A stretch of 64,000 bases of DNA from Candidatus Limnocylindrales bacterium (GTDB lineage: Bacteria; Chloroflexota; Limnocylindria; Limnocylindrales; CSP1-4), in the NCBI GenBank assembly GCA_035692005.1, contig DASSII010000100.1, forward strand, positions 5,554 to 69,553, given 5' to 3'. Under the pieces are notes generated by a model. That model searched no databases. It was not told the origin of the DNA and saw only the letters and a list, made by a program, of their open reading frames with translations. Shown here one piece after another: positions 48,094 to 56,579 of the stretch. Position 1 is the first letter of the stretch; each line of letters begins with the position of its first letter. The translations under genes and the position numbers were made by a program.

Positions 48094-48563
48094 CGATGGA
48101 CCCCCTCGGCTCCGACACGCTCCCCGTCGAGCAGCGGCAGGAGGTATCGCTCCTCGCGTTCGAGGTGGGCGTCGAGCATCGCCTCGAGCGCGAACAGGTC
48201 GCGTTCGACGATCCGGGTGTGCGGTCCGTCGGCCCGGCCGAGCTCGACCAGGCGATCGCGGACGCGACCGGCCAGGCGGGCGATCTGGCGATGGTCGAAG
48301 CGGATCGAGCGGGTCGCCCAGTCGGTGCCGGCCAATTCGTCGAGCTGGGGATAGAGCCAGCCCTCCTCCCAGGCCATGTGCGGTGCCAGCACGAGGTCGA
48401 TCCAGCGGCATACGTGTCGGACGCGCTCGACGGCCTCGGGCCGTGGGCCCTCGCTCAGCGCGATGGCCGCCTCCCGGATCTGATCGATGCCCGGGCGGAT
48501 CTCGACGTGCTCGTGTTCGGCAAACGCACGCATGGCATGACTGGCGAGAGCGGTGCGCGTCAT
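48090..48563 (-). CDS. Hemerythrin-like (HHE cation-binding) domain protein
   Basis: ATG at 48563. Helical protein with spaced His/Glu ligand-like residues (FAEHEHVEIRP..., LAPHMAWEEGWLYP, FDHRQI, LDAHLEREERYLLPLL). Confidence 0.65.
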   Translation of the reverse strand: MTRTALASHAMRAFAEHEHVEIRPGIDQIREAAIALSEGPRPEAVERVRHVCRWIDLVLAPHMAWEEGWLYPQLDELAGTDWATRSIRFDHRQIARLAGRVRDRLVELGRADGPHTRIVERDLFALEAMLDAHLEREERYLLPLLDGERVGAEGVHR

Positions 48564-48587
48564 GGCTTCGGTCCTCGTGCGAACGAT

Positions 48588-48613
48588 GTGGTCAGAACGA
48601 TGCGCCTGACCAC
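48588..48613 (-). promoter_or_regulatory. Inverted repeat in the hemerythrin gene leader
   Basis: gtggtcag (48588..48595), N10, ctgaccac (48606..48613). It overlaps the direct repeat gaacgatg at 48581..48588 and 48595..48602. It lies 25-50 nt upstream of the ATG. Confidence 0.3.
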
Positions 48614-48770
48614 CCACGCGGCCCAGTGCCGAGCGACCCGTCCCCGAGGGTCGGGATGGCCCGTCGACCCACGCGCCGGGGTTCGGGCCGGGCGGCTCGC
48701 CCGATGGTGACTTGTGGCCCGTGAACGGGGGATGGCGCCACACCGACCATCGTGCTCTAGGAGGTCAGCC

Positions 48771-49010
48771 ATGCATACCCTGTCGCCGCGCCGCCGACCG
48801 AGCGCCGACGGACGCGCCCTCACGGTCGAGGCCGGCCAGGTCGTCTGCCCGCGCCGCGGGCTCGTCGACCTGGAGGTGTGCTGGGTGTGTCCGGCCTACC
48901 GCGGTCTGAGCACGGGCCATTTCGAGGGCGTCCTGTGTTCGACCGGGGCCAGCCTGATGTCCACCGTCGGCAGCTGGCTACCGACGGTCGCCGGCGACAC
49001 GAAGCGTTGA
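48771..49010 (+). CDS. Small Cys4 protein (79 aa), hypothetical
   Basis: Strong Shine-Dalgarno (taGGAGGtcagccATG). Cysteine pattern C-x10-C-x2-C-x14-C. First gene of the plus-strand run leading into the hydrogenase genes. Confidence 0.45.
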   Translation: MHTLSPRRRPSADGRALTVEAGQVVCPRRGLVDLEVCWVCPAYRGLSTGHFEGVLCSTGASLMSTVGSWLPTVAGDTKR

Positions 49011-49022
49011 CGGGGGCCGGCC

Positions 49023-49499
49023 ATGACGCTCGAAGCGGATCCGGTAGAGGAGCTGGTCGCCCTCGGGATCGCCGCTGACCTGTCGGGCGCCGCTCGACGG
49101 CGCCTGGCCACGATCGCCCGCATCGAGGAGCTGCCGGCCGGCAAGGTCGTGTTGCGCGAAGGCCAACCCACCCTCGAGCTCGGCGTCGTGCTCGATGGCC
49201 GGGTCGCGCTCCAGACCCATCTGCCGGGGCGCGCTGACCTGACCCTGATGACCCTCGATCGAGGCGACATCTTCGGCTGGTCTGCCGCGCTCGGCGATCC
49301 GTCGACGTCATCGGTCGTCGCGCAGGTGCCGACCCGCGCCGTGCTGCTCGAACGCGACGGATTGCTCGACGCGCTCGCCGCCGACACCGAGTTCGCGGCC
49401 GTGATCTACCGGCGCCTGTTCCAGGCCGTGACCAGCCGCCTCGTGGCGACCCGCCTGCAGCTCCTCGACCTGTACGCCAGCGCCGAGGGCCGGGCATGA
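49023..49499 (+). CDS. Stand-alone cyclic-nucleotide-binding domain protein
   Basis: 158 aa. CAP effector-domain pattern (VVLREGQPTLELGVVLDGRV..., GDIFGWSAAL). No output domain. Its stop overlaps the start of the hydrogenase diaphorase gene (ATGA). Confidence 0.7.
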   Translation: MTLEADPVEELVALGIAADLSGAARRRLATIARIEELPAGKVVLREGQPTLELGVVLDGRVALQTHLPGRADLTLMTLDRGDIFGWSAALGDPSTSSVVAQVPTRAVLLERDGLLDALAADTEFAAVIYRRLFQAVTSRLVATRLQLLDLYASAEGRA

Positions 49500-51511
49500 C
49501 CACACGGCCCGAACCGCCCGTCGCCCACGACGATCCGCCGCGCTTCCTGCCACGAGCCGAACTCGATCGGCTGTTCGGGGCCCTGCGCGCGACAGGTCGC
49601 ACGGTGATCGGCCCGACGATCCGGGAGCAGGCCGTCACCTATGACCAGATCGACGGCACGGATGACCTGCCCATCGGCTGGACGGCAGACACGGCCCCCG
49701 GGACCTATCGCCTCACGCGCAACGACGGCGTGCGGGCGTTCGACTACGGCATCGGCCCGACCGCCTGGAAGCGCTATACGCATCCGCCAAGGATCCCGCT
49801 GACGGTCAGCGCACCGTCGCCGGTCGGCCCGACCGTCGCGCCCGTGACGCCCGACGCACCGCCGCTCGCGTTCGTTGGCGTCCGCGCCTGCGAGCTGGCC
49901 GCCCTGCGCATCCAGGAGCGGGTCATGCGCGCGGGGCCGGCCGGTGACGTGGATCACGCGGCCCGGCGAGACGCGGCGCTGGTCGTCGCGGTGGAGTGCG
50001 CCGTCGCCGGATCGACCTGCTTCTGCACCTCGATGGGCACCGGACCCGAGGTCGGCGAGGGCGCCGACATCGTGCTGTCCGAGCTCGATGAGGGCTTCGT
50101 CGTGCGTGCCGAGAGCGGGCCAGGGCAGGTCGTCGTCGACGCCCTCCGGGTCGACGCCGCGAGCGATGATCAGACCGGGCGGGCGACGGCCCAGGTGGCG
50201 GAGCTCCGCGAGACGATGGGCGACCCCGTCCCGACGGCGGGCCTGCCCGAGCGGCTGCGCGCGGCCATCGACCACCCGCACTGGGCCGAGATCGCCGAGC
50301 GCTGCCTGGCATGCACCAACTGCACGCTCGTGTGTCCGACCTGCTTCTGCACCAGCGTCGGCGTGGCCTCGGATCTTGACGGCCAGGCGGCAACGACGGA
50401 TCGGACCTGGGACAGCTGCTTCAGCCTCGGATTCGGGCGGGTCGCCGGCGACGCGAACTTCCGGCCGCGCGTCGCGGACCGCTATCGCCAGTGGCTGACC
50501 CACAAGTTCTCGACCTGGTGGGACCAGTTCGGGTCGTCGGGTTGCGTCGGCTGCGGCCGTTGCATCGCCTGGTGCCCGGTCGGCATCGACGTCCGGGCGG
50601 AGCTGTTGGCGGTGGCCCCGCCGCACGCGCCGGCGGGACCGATCCCGTGGCCCGTCGCCCCGCCGGACGGCCACGCCCCCGCTCCGCTGGCGACCGTGGA
50701 GCCGGCACGCTACGTCGAGACCGAGGTGACCGACGTCCGCCGCGAGACGAACGACACGGTCACGTTGCGGCTGGCGACCGACGATGCGGCCCTCCTCGCG
50801 GCGCAGCCGGGCCAGTTCGTGATGGTCGCCCAGCCCGCCCAGTCGGCGCCGCCGATCTCGATCTCGCGGATCCTGCCCGACGCGCTCGAGCTGACCATCC
50901 GGCATGTCGGCCCGGCGACCGCCAGCCTGACCGCCGCCCGGCCCGGAGGACGCTTCGCGCTGCGCGGGCCGATGGGCCGGCCCTGGCCGATCGACGAAGC
51001 ACGCGGCCGCGACGTCGTCATCGTCGCCGGCGGGATCGGGCTCGCTCCCCTTCGGCCGGTGCTCGATGCGGTCCTGCGCGATCGGCCGCGGTTCGGTGCC
51101 GTGCGCATCTTCCACGGCGCCCGGACGCCCGCCGACCGCCTGTTCGTACCGGAGTTGGCGGCGTTGGCCGGACGAGTCGACGTCGAATTCGCGGAGATCG
51201 TCGATCGCGCCGGACCCGACTGGTTCGGCCGGGTCGGCGTCGTGACCCAGCTGTTCGAGCACGCGACGTGGGCCGGGGCGGGCGCCACGGCCTTCATCTG
51301 TGGACCGGACCGGATGATGCAGGCCACGGTCCGCGGCCTGGCCGCGCATGGCCTCAGCGCCGACCGGACGTGGGTCACCCTGGAACGCAACATGGCCTGC
51401 GGCGTGGGCCTGTGCGGCCACTGCCAGCTCGGACCGTACTTCGTGTGCCGTGACGGGCCCGTCTTCTCCGTCGCCGAGCTCGGCGATGCGTTCACGACGG
51501 AGGGCTTGTGA
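49496..51511 (+). CDS. Fused hydrogenase diaphorase subunit: HyhB/AsrA-like 4Fe-4S domain plus HyhG/AsrB-like FAD/NAD(P)-binding 2Fe-2S domain
   Basis: The N-terminal half has CFCTSMG, CLACTNCTLVCPTCFC and CVGCGRCIAWCP. After a Pro-rich linker come an FNR-like module (ISISR, VVIVAGGIGLAPL) and the C-terminal cluster CGVGLCGHCQLG. Confidence 0.8.
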   Translation: MTTRPEPPVAHDDPPRFLPRAELDRLFGALRATGRTVIGPTIREQAVTYDQIDGTDDLPIGWTADTAPGTYRLTRNDGVRAFDYGIGPTAWKRYTHPPRIPLTVSAPSPVGPTVAPVTPDAPPLAFVGVRACELAALRIQERVMRAGPAGDVDHAARRDAALVVAVECAVAGSTCFCTSMGTGPEVGEGADIVLSELDEGFVVRAESGPGQVVVDALRVDAASDDQTGRATAQVAELRETMGDPVPTAGLPERLRAAIDHPHWAEIAERCLACTNCTLVCPTCFCTSVGVASDLDGQAATTDRTWDSCFSLGFGRVAGDANFRPRVADRYRQWLTHKFSTWWDQFGSSGCVGCGRCIAWCPVGIDVRAELLAVAPPHAPAGPIPWPVAPPDGHAPAPLATVEPARYVETEVTDVRRETNDTVTLRLATDDAALLAAQPGQFVMVAQPAQSAPPISISRILPDALELTIRHVGPATASLTAARPGGRFALRGPMGRPWPIDEARGRDVVIVAGGIGLAPLRPVLDAVLRDRPRFGAVRIFHGARTPADRLFVPELAALAGRVDVEFAEIVDRAGPDWFGRVGVVTQLFEHATWAGAGATAFICGPDRMMQATVRGLAAHGLSADRTWVTLERNMACGVGLCGHCQLGPYFVCRDGPVFSVAELGDAFTTEGL

Positions 51512-52371
51512 TGACGCTCGCGGCAGCGACCTCCGGGCGGACCGCGGTCCCCGCCCGACCACGCATCGCCATCGTCAAGTTCGCCTCGTGCGACGGCTGC
51601 CAGCTGACGCTGCTCGATCTCGAGGACGAGCTGCTGGCCATCGCCGAACGGATCGACCTGGTCGAGTTCGCCGAAGCGACCTCGCAGCGCTCGTCCGGTC
51701 CCTACGACGTGCTGTTCGTCGAGGGATCGGTCAGCACCCCCGAACAGGCCGAGGAGATCGTCCGGCTGCGGGCCGCCTCGACGCTGCTGGTGACCATCGG
51801 CGCGTGCGCGACCTCGGGCGGCATCCAGGCGCTGCGCAACTGGGCCGACCACGATCTCGTCCGCGCGGCCGTCTATCCGGACCCGACGATGGTCGACTCG
51901 CTGGCGACCGCCACGCCGATCGCCGATCACGTGGCGGTCGATGCGGAGATCCGGGGCTGTCCCATCTCGCCCGCCCAGCTGCGCGAGTTCGTCACCGCCC
52001 TGCTCGTCGGGCGGCGGCCCGGCCTGCCCGATGAAGCGGTCTGCGCCGAATGCAAGCGGCGCAACATCGTGTGCGTCGCGGTCGCCCGCGGCATCACCTG
52101 CCTGGGACCCGTGACGCGTACCGGTTGCGGTGCCCTGTGTCCGGCCTACGGTCGCGGCTGCTACGGCTGCTTCGGGCCGCGCGAGTCGGCCAACGGGCCG
52201 GGGCTCGCCCGCTGGCTCGAGCGCGACCTGCCCCCGGCCGACGTGGCACGGGCGTTCGCCCTGTTCAACGCCTGGTCCCCGCCGTTCCGGACCGTCATCG
52301 ACGAGGCCGGCGGACCACCCGGGCCGATCGACGGCAGGCCGACCCCGGAGGCGAGCGATGCACACCACTGA
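51508..52371 (+). CDS. [NiFe]-hydrogenase small subunit, group 3 type (NuoB-like)
   Basis: Motifs KFASCDGCQ, GACATSGG, IRGCP and the C-terminal Cys-rich ferredoxin-like part CAECKRR...CLGPVTRTGCGALCP...CYGCFGP are present. The start overlaps the upstream stop (GTGATG). Confidence 0.85.
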   Translation: MMTLAAATSGRTAVPARPRIAIVKFASCDGCQLTLLDLEDELLAIAERIDLVEFAEATSQRSSGPYDVLFVEGSVSTPEQAEEIVRLRAASTLLVTIGACATSGGIQALRNWADHDLVRAAVYPDPTMVDSLATATPIADHVAVDAEIRGCPISPAQLREFVTALLVGRRPGLPDEAVCAECKRRNIVCVAVARGITCLGPVTRTGCGALCPAYGRGCYGCFGPRESANGPGLARWLERDLPPADVARAFALFNAWSPPFRTVIDEAGGPPGPIDGRPTPEASDAHH

Positions 52372-53689
52372 GCAGCTCAGCGGGGGCCCGGATGTCGCCG
52401 ATCTGACGATCGACGTCCGCAACCTCACCCGGGTCGAAGGCGAGGGCTCGCTCCACCTGCAGGTGCGCGATGGCGTCGTCGAGTCGGCACGTCTCGAGAT
52501 CTTCGAGGCGCCGCGCTACTTCGAGCGCCTGGTGGTCGGTCGGACGATGGACGAGGTCATCGACATCGTCACCCGCATCTGCGGCATCTGCCCGGTCGCC
52601 TACCAGATGACCGCCGTCCACGCCGCCGAGGCGGCCTTCGGCATCGACGTCGACCCGGCCGTGGCCGCCCTGCGCCGCCTGTTCTACTGCGGCGAATGGA
52701 TCGAGAGCCACGCCCTGCACCTGTACCTCCTCCACCTGCCCGACTTCCTCGGTTATCCGAGCGCCCTCGACCTGGCCCGCGACCATCGATCGGCGGTCGA
52801 GGGGGGCCTCCGGCTCAAGCGGGCCGGTAATCACATCGTGGCCACCATCGGCGGGCGGGCGATCCACCCGGTATCGGTCCGCGTCGGGGGCTTCTCGCGG
52901 ATCCTGCGGCGCGACGAGATCCGGGCCCTGCGCGCCGATCTCGAGGAGGCGCTCGGGCTGGCCGAGGCGACCATCGATCTCGTCGCGACCCTCCAGCCAC
53001 CCACATTCCGCCGCGACATGCGGCTCGTGGCGCTGCGCGACCCGTCGGCCTACCCGATGAACCACGGCCGGATCGTGTCGAACGACGGGATCGACCTGGC
53101 GGCCGACGCCTGGGAGTCGCTGTTCGACGAGCACCAGGTGGCCTGGTCGCACGCGCTGCAGGCGCACGCGCCCGACGGCCGACCGTACCTCCTCGGGCCG
53201 GCGGCGCGCGTCACGCTCGACGGCGACCGGCTGCATCCGCGCGCCGCGGCAGCCCTCGACCGTCTGGGGCTGGCCGACGAGATCGCCCATGAACCCCATT
53301 GGAGCATCGCCGCCCGGGCGATCGAGCTCGTGCACGCCGTGGCCGAGGCGATCGACATCGTGGAGGCATACGAACCACCGCTCGAGGCCGCCGTGGCATG
53401 GCGTCCGCGAGCGGGCCGCGCCGCGTGGGCGACGGAGGCCCCGCGCGGGATGTTGTTCCAGCGCTTCGATCTCGATGAGGGTGGTTGCGTCACGGACGCC
53501 CGGATCGTGCCACCGACCAGCCAGAACCAGGCGGCCATCGAAGCGGACCTCGCCGCCTTCGCCCCGACCGTCCTCGAGCGGCCTCGAGCGGAGGTCACCC
53601 ACCTGATGGAGCAGCTGATCCGCAGCTACGACCCGTGCATCAGCTGCGCCACCCACTTCCTGGATGTCCAGGTGGAGGAACTGTCATGA
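52358..53689 (+). CDS. [NiFe]-hydrogenase large subunit, group 3b-like
   Basis: ATG at 52358. N-terminal metal-site motif RICGICPVAY and C-terminal DPCISCATH. About 443 aa. The AsrA/AsrB-like partner subunits point to group 3b. Confidence 0.9.
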   Translation: MHTTEQLSGGPDVADLTIDVRNLTRVEGEGSLHLQVRDGVVESARLEIFEAPRYFERLVVGRTMDEVIDIVTRICGICPVAYQMTAVHAAEAAFGIDVDPAVAALRRLFYCGEWIESHALHLYLLHLPDFLGYPSALDLARDHRSAVEGGLRLKRAGNHIVATIGGRAIHPVSVRVGGFSRILRRDEIRALRADLEEALGLAEATIDLVATLQPPTFRRDMRLVALRDPSAYPMNHGRIVSNDGIDLAADAWESLFDEHQVAWSHALQAHAPDGRPYLLGPAARVTLDGDRLHPRAAAALDRLGLADEIAHEPHWSIAARAIELVHAVAEAIDIVEAYEPPLEAAVAWRPRAGRAAWATEAPRGMLFQRFDLDEGGCVTDARIVPPTSQNQAAIEADLAAFAPTVLERPRAEVTHLMEQLIRSYDPCISCATHFLDVQVEELS

Positions 53690-54258
53690 CTGCCCTGCTG
53701 CCGACGGGGCCATTCGCCCCGGAGTCGGATGTCACCGAGCTGAGCCCGGAGGTGCATCACCTGGTCACGATCCGGGTCGAGATCCTCGCCTGCGGTGCGC
53801 CCGACCGGGGGGACGACGGGGCCGCGATCGCGGCCGTCGCCCGCCTCGCCGACGCGATGCCCGAGGACGTGCGCATCCGCATCGTCGGCCAGCTCGACAT
53901 CGACGACCTGCTGGCCGTGCCTGCCGGCGCGGGGGCCATCGTCGTCGACACGGCGGTCGGCATCGACCCGGGCTGGATCGTGGAGATCCCCTTCCGGGGC
54001 CTGGCCGGACGCGAGTCGGGCATCCGTCCGCGCTCCTCGCACGCCCTGTCCATCCCCGAGACCATCGGGGTCGCGTCGATGATCCGTGGGCGGCCGCTCG
54101 AGGGCATCGTGGTCGCCATCGGCGGCGTCGACTTCGGGCTCGGTGACTCGCTCAGCTGGCCGGTCATCGCCGGCATGGACGCGTTCACGATGGCCATCGC
54201 CGATGCGGTCCGGCGGGTGCGCGAATCGGTCGTGCGGGTCCCCGTTCCGCGTCGCTGA
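53686..54258 (+). CDS. Hydrogenase maturation endopeptidase (HycI/HoxW family)
   Basis: ATG at 53686 overlaps the large-subunit stop. ILACGAPDRGDDGAAIAAV matches the G-x-G-N/D-x3-DDG pattern. Confidence 0.7.
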   Translation: MTALLPTGPFAPESDVTELSPEVHHLVTIRVEILACGAPDRGDDGAAIAAVARLADAMPEDVRIRIVGQLDIDDLLAVPAGAGAIVVDTAVGIDPGWIVEIPFRGLAGRESGIRPRSSHALSIPETIGVASMIRGRPLEGIVVAIGGVDFGLGDSLSWPVIAGMDAFTMAIADAVRRVRESVVRVPVPRR

Positions 54259-54281
54259 CGTCGCCACAGCCCGGCGTGATC

Positions 54282-54311
54282 CGGCGGGCGGGTCCCCGCA
54301 TCCGCCCGCCG
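54282..54311. terminator. Bidirectional hairpin between the convergent hydrogenase and SQR-like operons
   Basis: ggcgggcgg (54283..54291) pairs with ccgcccgcc (54302..54310) around a 10-nt loop. A flanking c/g pair extends the stem. Confidence 0.45.
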
Positions 54312-54315
54312 ACGA

Positions 54316-55473
54316 TCAGATCCGGCCGCGCGGCACCGTGTGCCAGTACGTCTTGTTGAAGACGATCTTGCCGAGGTGCCACAGCTGGTTGGGGCGCGGT
54401 GGACGCGGCGGATGGTCGTAGTCGAACCGCAGCATCGTGCCCTTGCCGTCGCCGATCTCGAAGAAGCACATGACCCGGCCTTCGTAGTCGGCGTGCTTGC
54501 CGGCCGGCTGCCGACCTTCGACGGAGGCGACGATCCGCTCGGTCACCACCGGGGCCTCGAAATGCGCCGTCGAACCGGCCTTGGACAGCGGCAGGTCCGT
54601 GGCGTCACCGAGCGCATAGACGTTGGGGCGGTCGGCCACCTGGAGGGTATGGCGGTCGGTCGGCAACCAGCCGCCGGGGGCCGGCGCCAGGCCGGCGTCG
54701 ATCAGGAACTGCTGGCCCTTGTGCGGCGGGACAAGGATGAGCAGGTCGTACGGCAGCTCCTCCCCCTCCAGGCTGCCGATGACCTTGCGCACCGGGTCGA
54801 TCGTCTCGACGTTGAAGAAGGTGTGCAGCTCGATCCGCTTCTCGGCCAGGATCGGCGTTGCCATATCGGACACGGACTCGATGGTGAAGGCCCGTCCGAT
54901 CGGCGAGCAGAAGTGGATCTCCGAGGCGTCGCGCAGCCCACGTCGACGGAGCTCGTCCTCGATCAGGAAGGCGACCTCGAGGGGCGCCGGCGGGCACTTG
55001 TAGGGCATCCCCGCGATGCCGATGACGATGCGCCCGCCACGGAACGCGTCGAGCGCCGCGCGCAACCGCGTGGCGGCCTCGGCCGTGTAGAAGTGGTGAG
55101 CCTCGGTCGCGAAGTGGTCGATCGCCTCGGGCACGAGGCGGGATCCGGTCGCCACCACGAGATAGGCGTAGTCGAACGTGCGGCCATCGGCCAGCCGGAT
55201 CCGTTGGTCGGCCTCGTCGAGAGCGACGATCTCGCCGACCTCGAGGCGCACGCGGGAATCGAGCAGACTCCGCTCCGGGCGCTCGAGGTGGTCGGCGCGT
55301 TCGCCGCCCATGGCGATGTACATGAAGCCCGGCTGGTAGACATGCGACCCGGTCTGGTCGAAGACGACGACCTCGATCTCCCCCCGGTCGATCCGCTGCC
55401 GCAGGCGGCGCACCAGGAGATTGGCGGTGAGGGTCCCGCCGACCCCGCCGCCAAGGATGGCGATCCGTTGCAT
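54316..55473 (-). CDS. Sulfide:quinone oxidoreductase-like FAD-dependent oxidoreductase
   Basis: Motifs IAILGGGVGGTLTAN, MPYKCPPAPLEVAF and ALGDATD are present. 385 aa. Confidence 0.7.
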   Translation of the reverse strand: MQRIAILGGGVGGTLTANLLVRRLRQRIDRGEIEVVVFDQTGSHVYQPGFMYIAMGGERADHLERPERSLLDSRVRLEVGEIVALDEADQRIRLADGRTFDYAYLVVATGSRLVPEAIDHFATEAHHFYTAEAATRLRAALDAFRGGRIVIGIAGMPYKCPPAPLEVAFLIEDELRRRGLRDASEIHFCSPIGRAFTIESVSDMATPILAEKRIELHTFFNVETIDPVRKVIGSLEGEELPYDLLILVPPHKGQQFLIDAGLAPAPGGWLPTDRHTLQVADRPNVYALGDATDLPLSKAGSTAHFEAPVVTERIVASVEGRQPAGKHADYEGRVMCFFEIGDGKGTMLRFDYDHPPRPPRPNQLWHLGKIVFNKTYWHTVPRGRI

Positions 55474-55482
55474 GGGGTCCTC

Positions 55483-55728
55483 CTAGCGTCGCTTCTCGAC
55501 GACGATCTCGTCATACCCCTCGCGCGTCTCGACGCCGACCAGCCGATGGCCGGCTTTCTCGACCCACTTGGGGATATCGGTCCGCGAGCCCTGGTCCGTC
55601 GAGCGGACGGCGATGACCGTGCCGACGTCGGATTCGCGGATGACGCGGATGAGCTCCATCAACGGGCCGGGGCAGTAGCTGCCTCGAGCGTCGACGATGC
55701 GCGTTTCGGAGGTGGAGGTCTCGATCAT
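55483..55728 (-). CDS. TusA/SirA-family sulfurtransferase
   Basis: ATG at 55728. Active-site motif DARGSYCPGPLM (CPxP). 81 aa. Confidence 0.75.
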   Translation of the reverse strand: MIETSTSETRIVDARGSYCPGPLMELIRVIRESDVGTVIAVRSTDQGSRTDIPKWVEKAGHRLVGVETREGYDEIVVEKRR

Positions 55729-55745
55729 GGCGATCACCCGGCTTG

Positions 55746-56309
55746 CTAGATGAACAACGGGACGGAGTCTTCGGTCATCAGGCCGATGACGGTGGCGGCG
55801 CCCACGGGCTCGCCCATGCCATCGACCATGTCGTCGGGCTTGAGCCCGAACATGTCCATCGTCATCTGGCAGGGGATGAACTCGACGCCCATCGCCTGGG
55901 CGGCTTCGAGCAGCTCCTTGGGGCTGGCCACATGGTGCTTGCGGGCGAGCCGACGCATCATCCACGGGCCCATCCCGAAGAAGTCCATCTTCGACAGCTT
56001 CCGATGGCTGATGCCCGGCCGCTGCATGACCGACATCATCTTCTGCATCCAGTCGTCGCCGGTCACCCGTCGGTCGTCGCGGACGAACACGGGCAGTCCC
56101 CAGAACGTCACGAACACGCGGGTCCGGACGCCCATCGCGGCACTCGTCGAGGCGAGGATCATCGTCGCCCAGACCTTCTCGAGGTCACCGCTGTAATCGA
56201 TGATGAGGATGTCCTTGGGCTTGACCGCGGCGTCGGGCGCGGGCGCGGGCTCCGGGGTGGTCGTGACGAGGGGGGCGTCGAGCGGACGCTCGATCGTGGT
56301 GGTAGGCAT
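55746..56309 (-). CDS. DsrE/DsrF-like family protein (long form)
   Basis: ATG at 56309. The core ILIIDYSGDLEKVWATMILASTSAAMG...FVTFWGL...FIPCQMTMDMFG resembles DsrE2/DsrE3-type proteins. Confidence 0.6.
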   Translation of the reverse strand: MPTTTIERPLDAPLVTTTPEPAPAPDAAVKPKDILIIDYSGDLEKVWATMILASTSAAMGVRTRVFVTFWGLPVFVRDDRRVTGDDWMQKMMSVMQRPGISHRKLSKMDFFGMGPWMMRRLARKHHVASPKELLEAAQAMGVEFIPCQMTMDMFGLKPDDMVDGMGEPVGAATVIGLMTEDSVPLFI

Positions 56310-56317
56310 CGGGGACC

Positions 56318-56554
56318 TCACGTTCGGCGGATGACGAAGCGGTACACCGCGCCGTCCGAGGACTGATCGACCAGCTCGTTGCCGGTCGCACGGCACCAGG
56401 CGGGGAAGTCCTTGACCGATCCGGCGTCGGTCGCCAGGACCTCGATCACGGCGCCGCTGGGCAGGCCCTTGATGGCCTGCGCGGTCTTGACGATGGGCAT
56501 CGGGCAGGCGAGCTGCCGGGCGTCCACGGCAAGGTCGATCTCGACGAGTGGCAT
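56318..56554 (-). CDS. TusA/SirA-family sulfurtransferase (second copy)
   Basis: ATG at 56554. Motif DARQLACPMPIV (CPxP). 78 aa. Confidence 0.75.
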   Translation of the reverse strand: MPLVEIDLAVDARQLACPMPIVKTAQAIKGLPSGAVIEVLATDAGSVKDFPAWCRATGNELVDQSSDGAVYRFVIRRT

Positions 56555-56579
56555 GGCGGTCACCTCAGGCTGGATCGGA

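Noticed and set aside
49406-51562. 718-aa minus-strand ORF opposite the hydrogenase diaphorase gene; 43833..45566 (opposite the P-type ATPase) and 61175..63397 (opposite nirK/rrf2) are similar
   Set aside because: The opposite strand carries the diagnostic Fe-S, P-type ATPase or copper motifs. These frames are R/G/P/D-rich and featureless.
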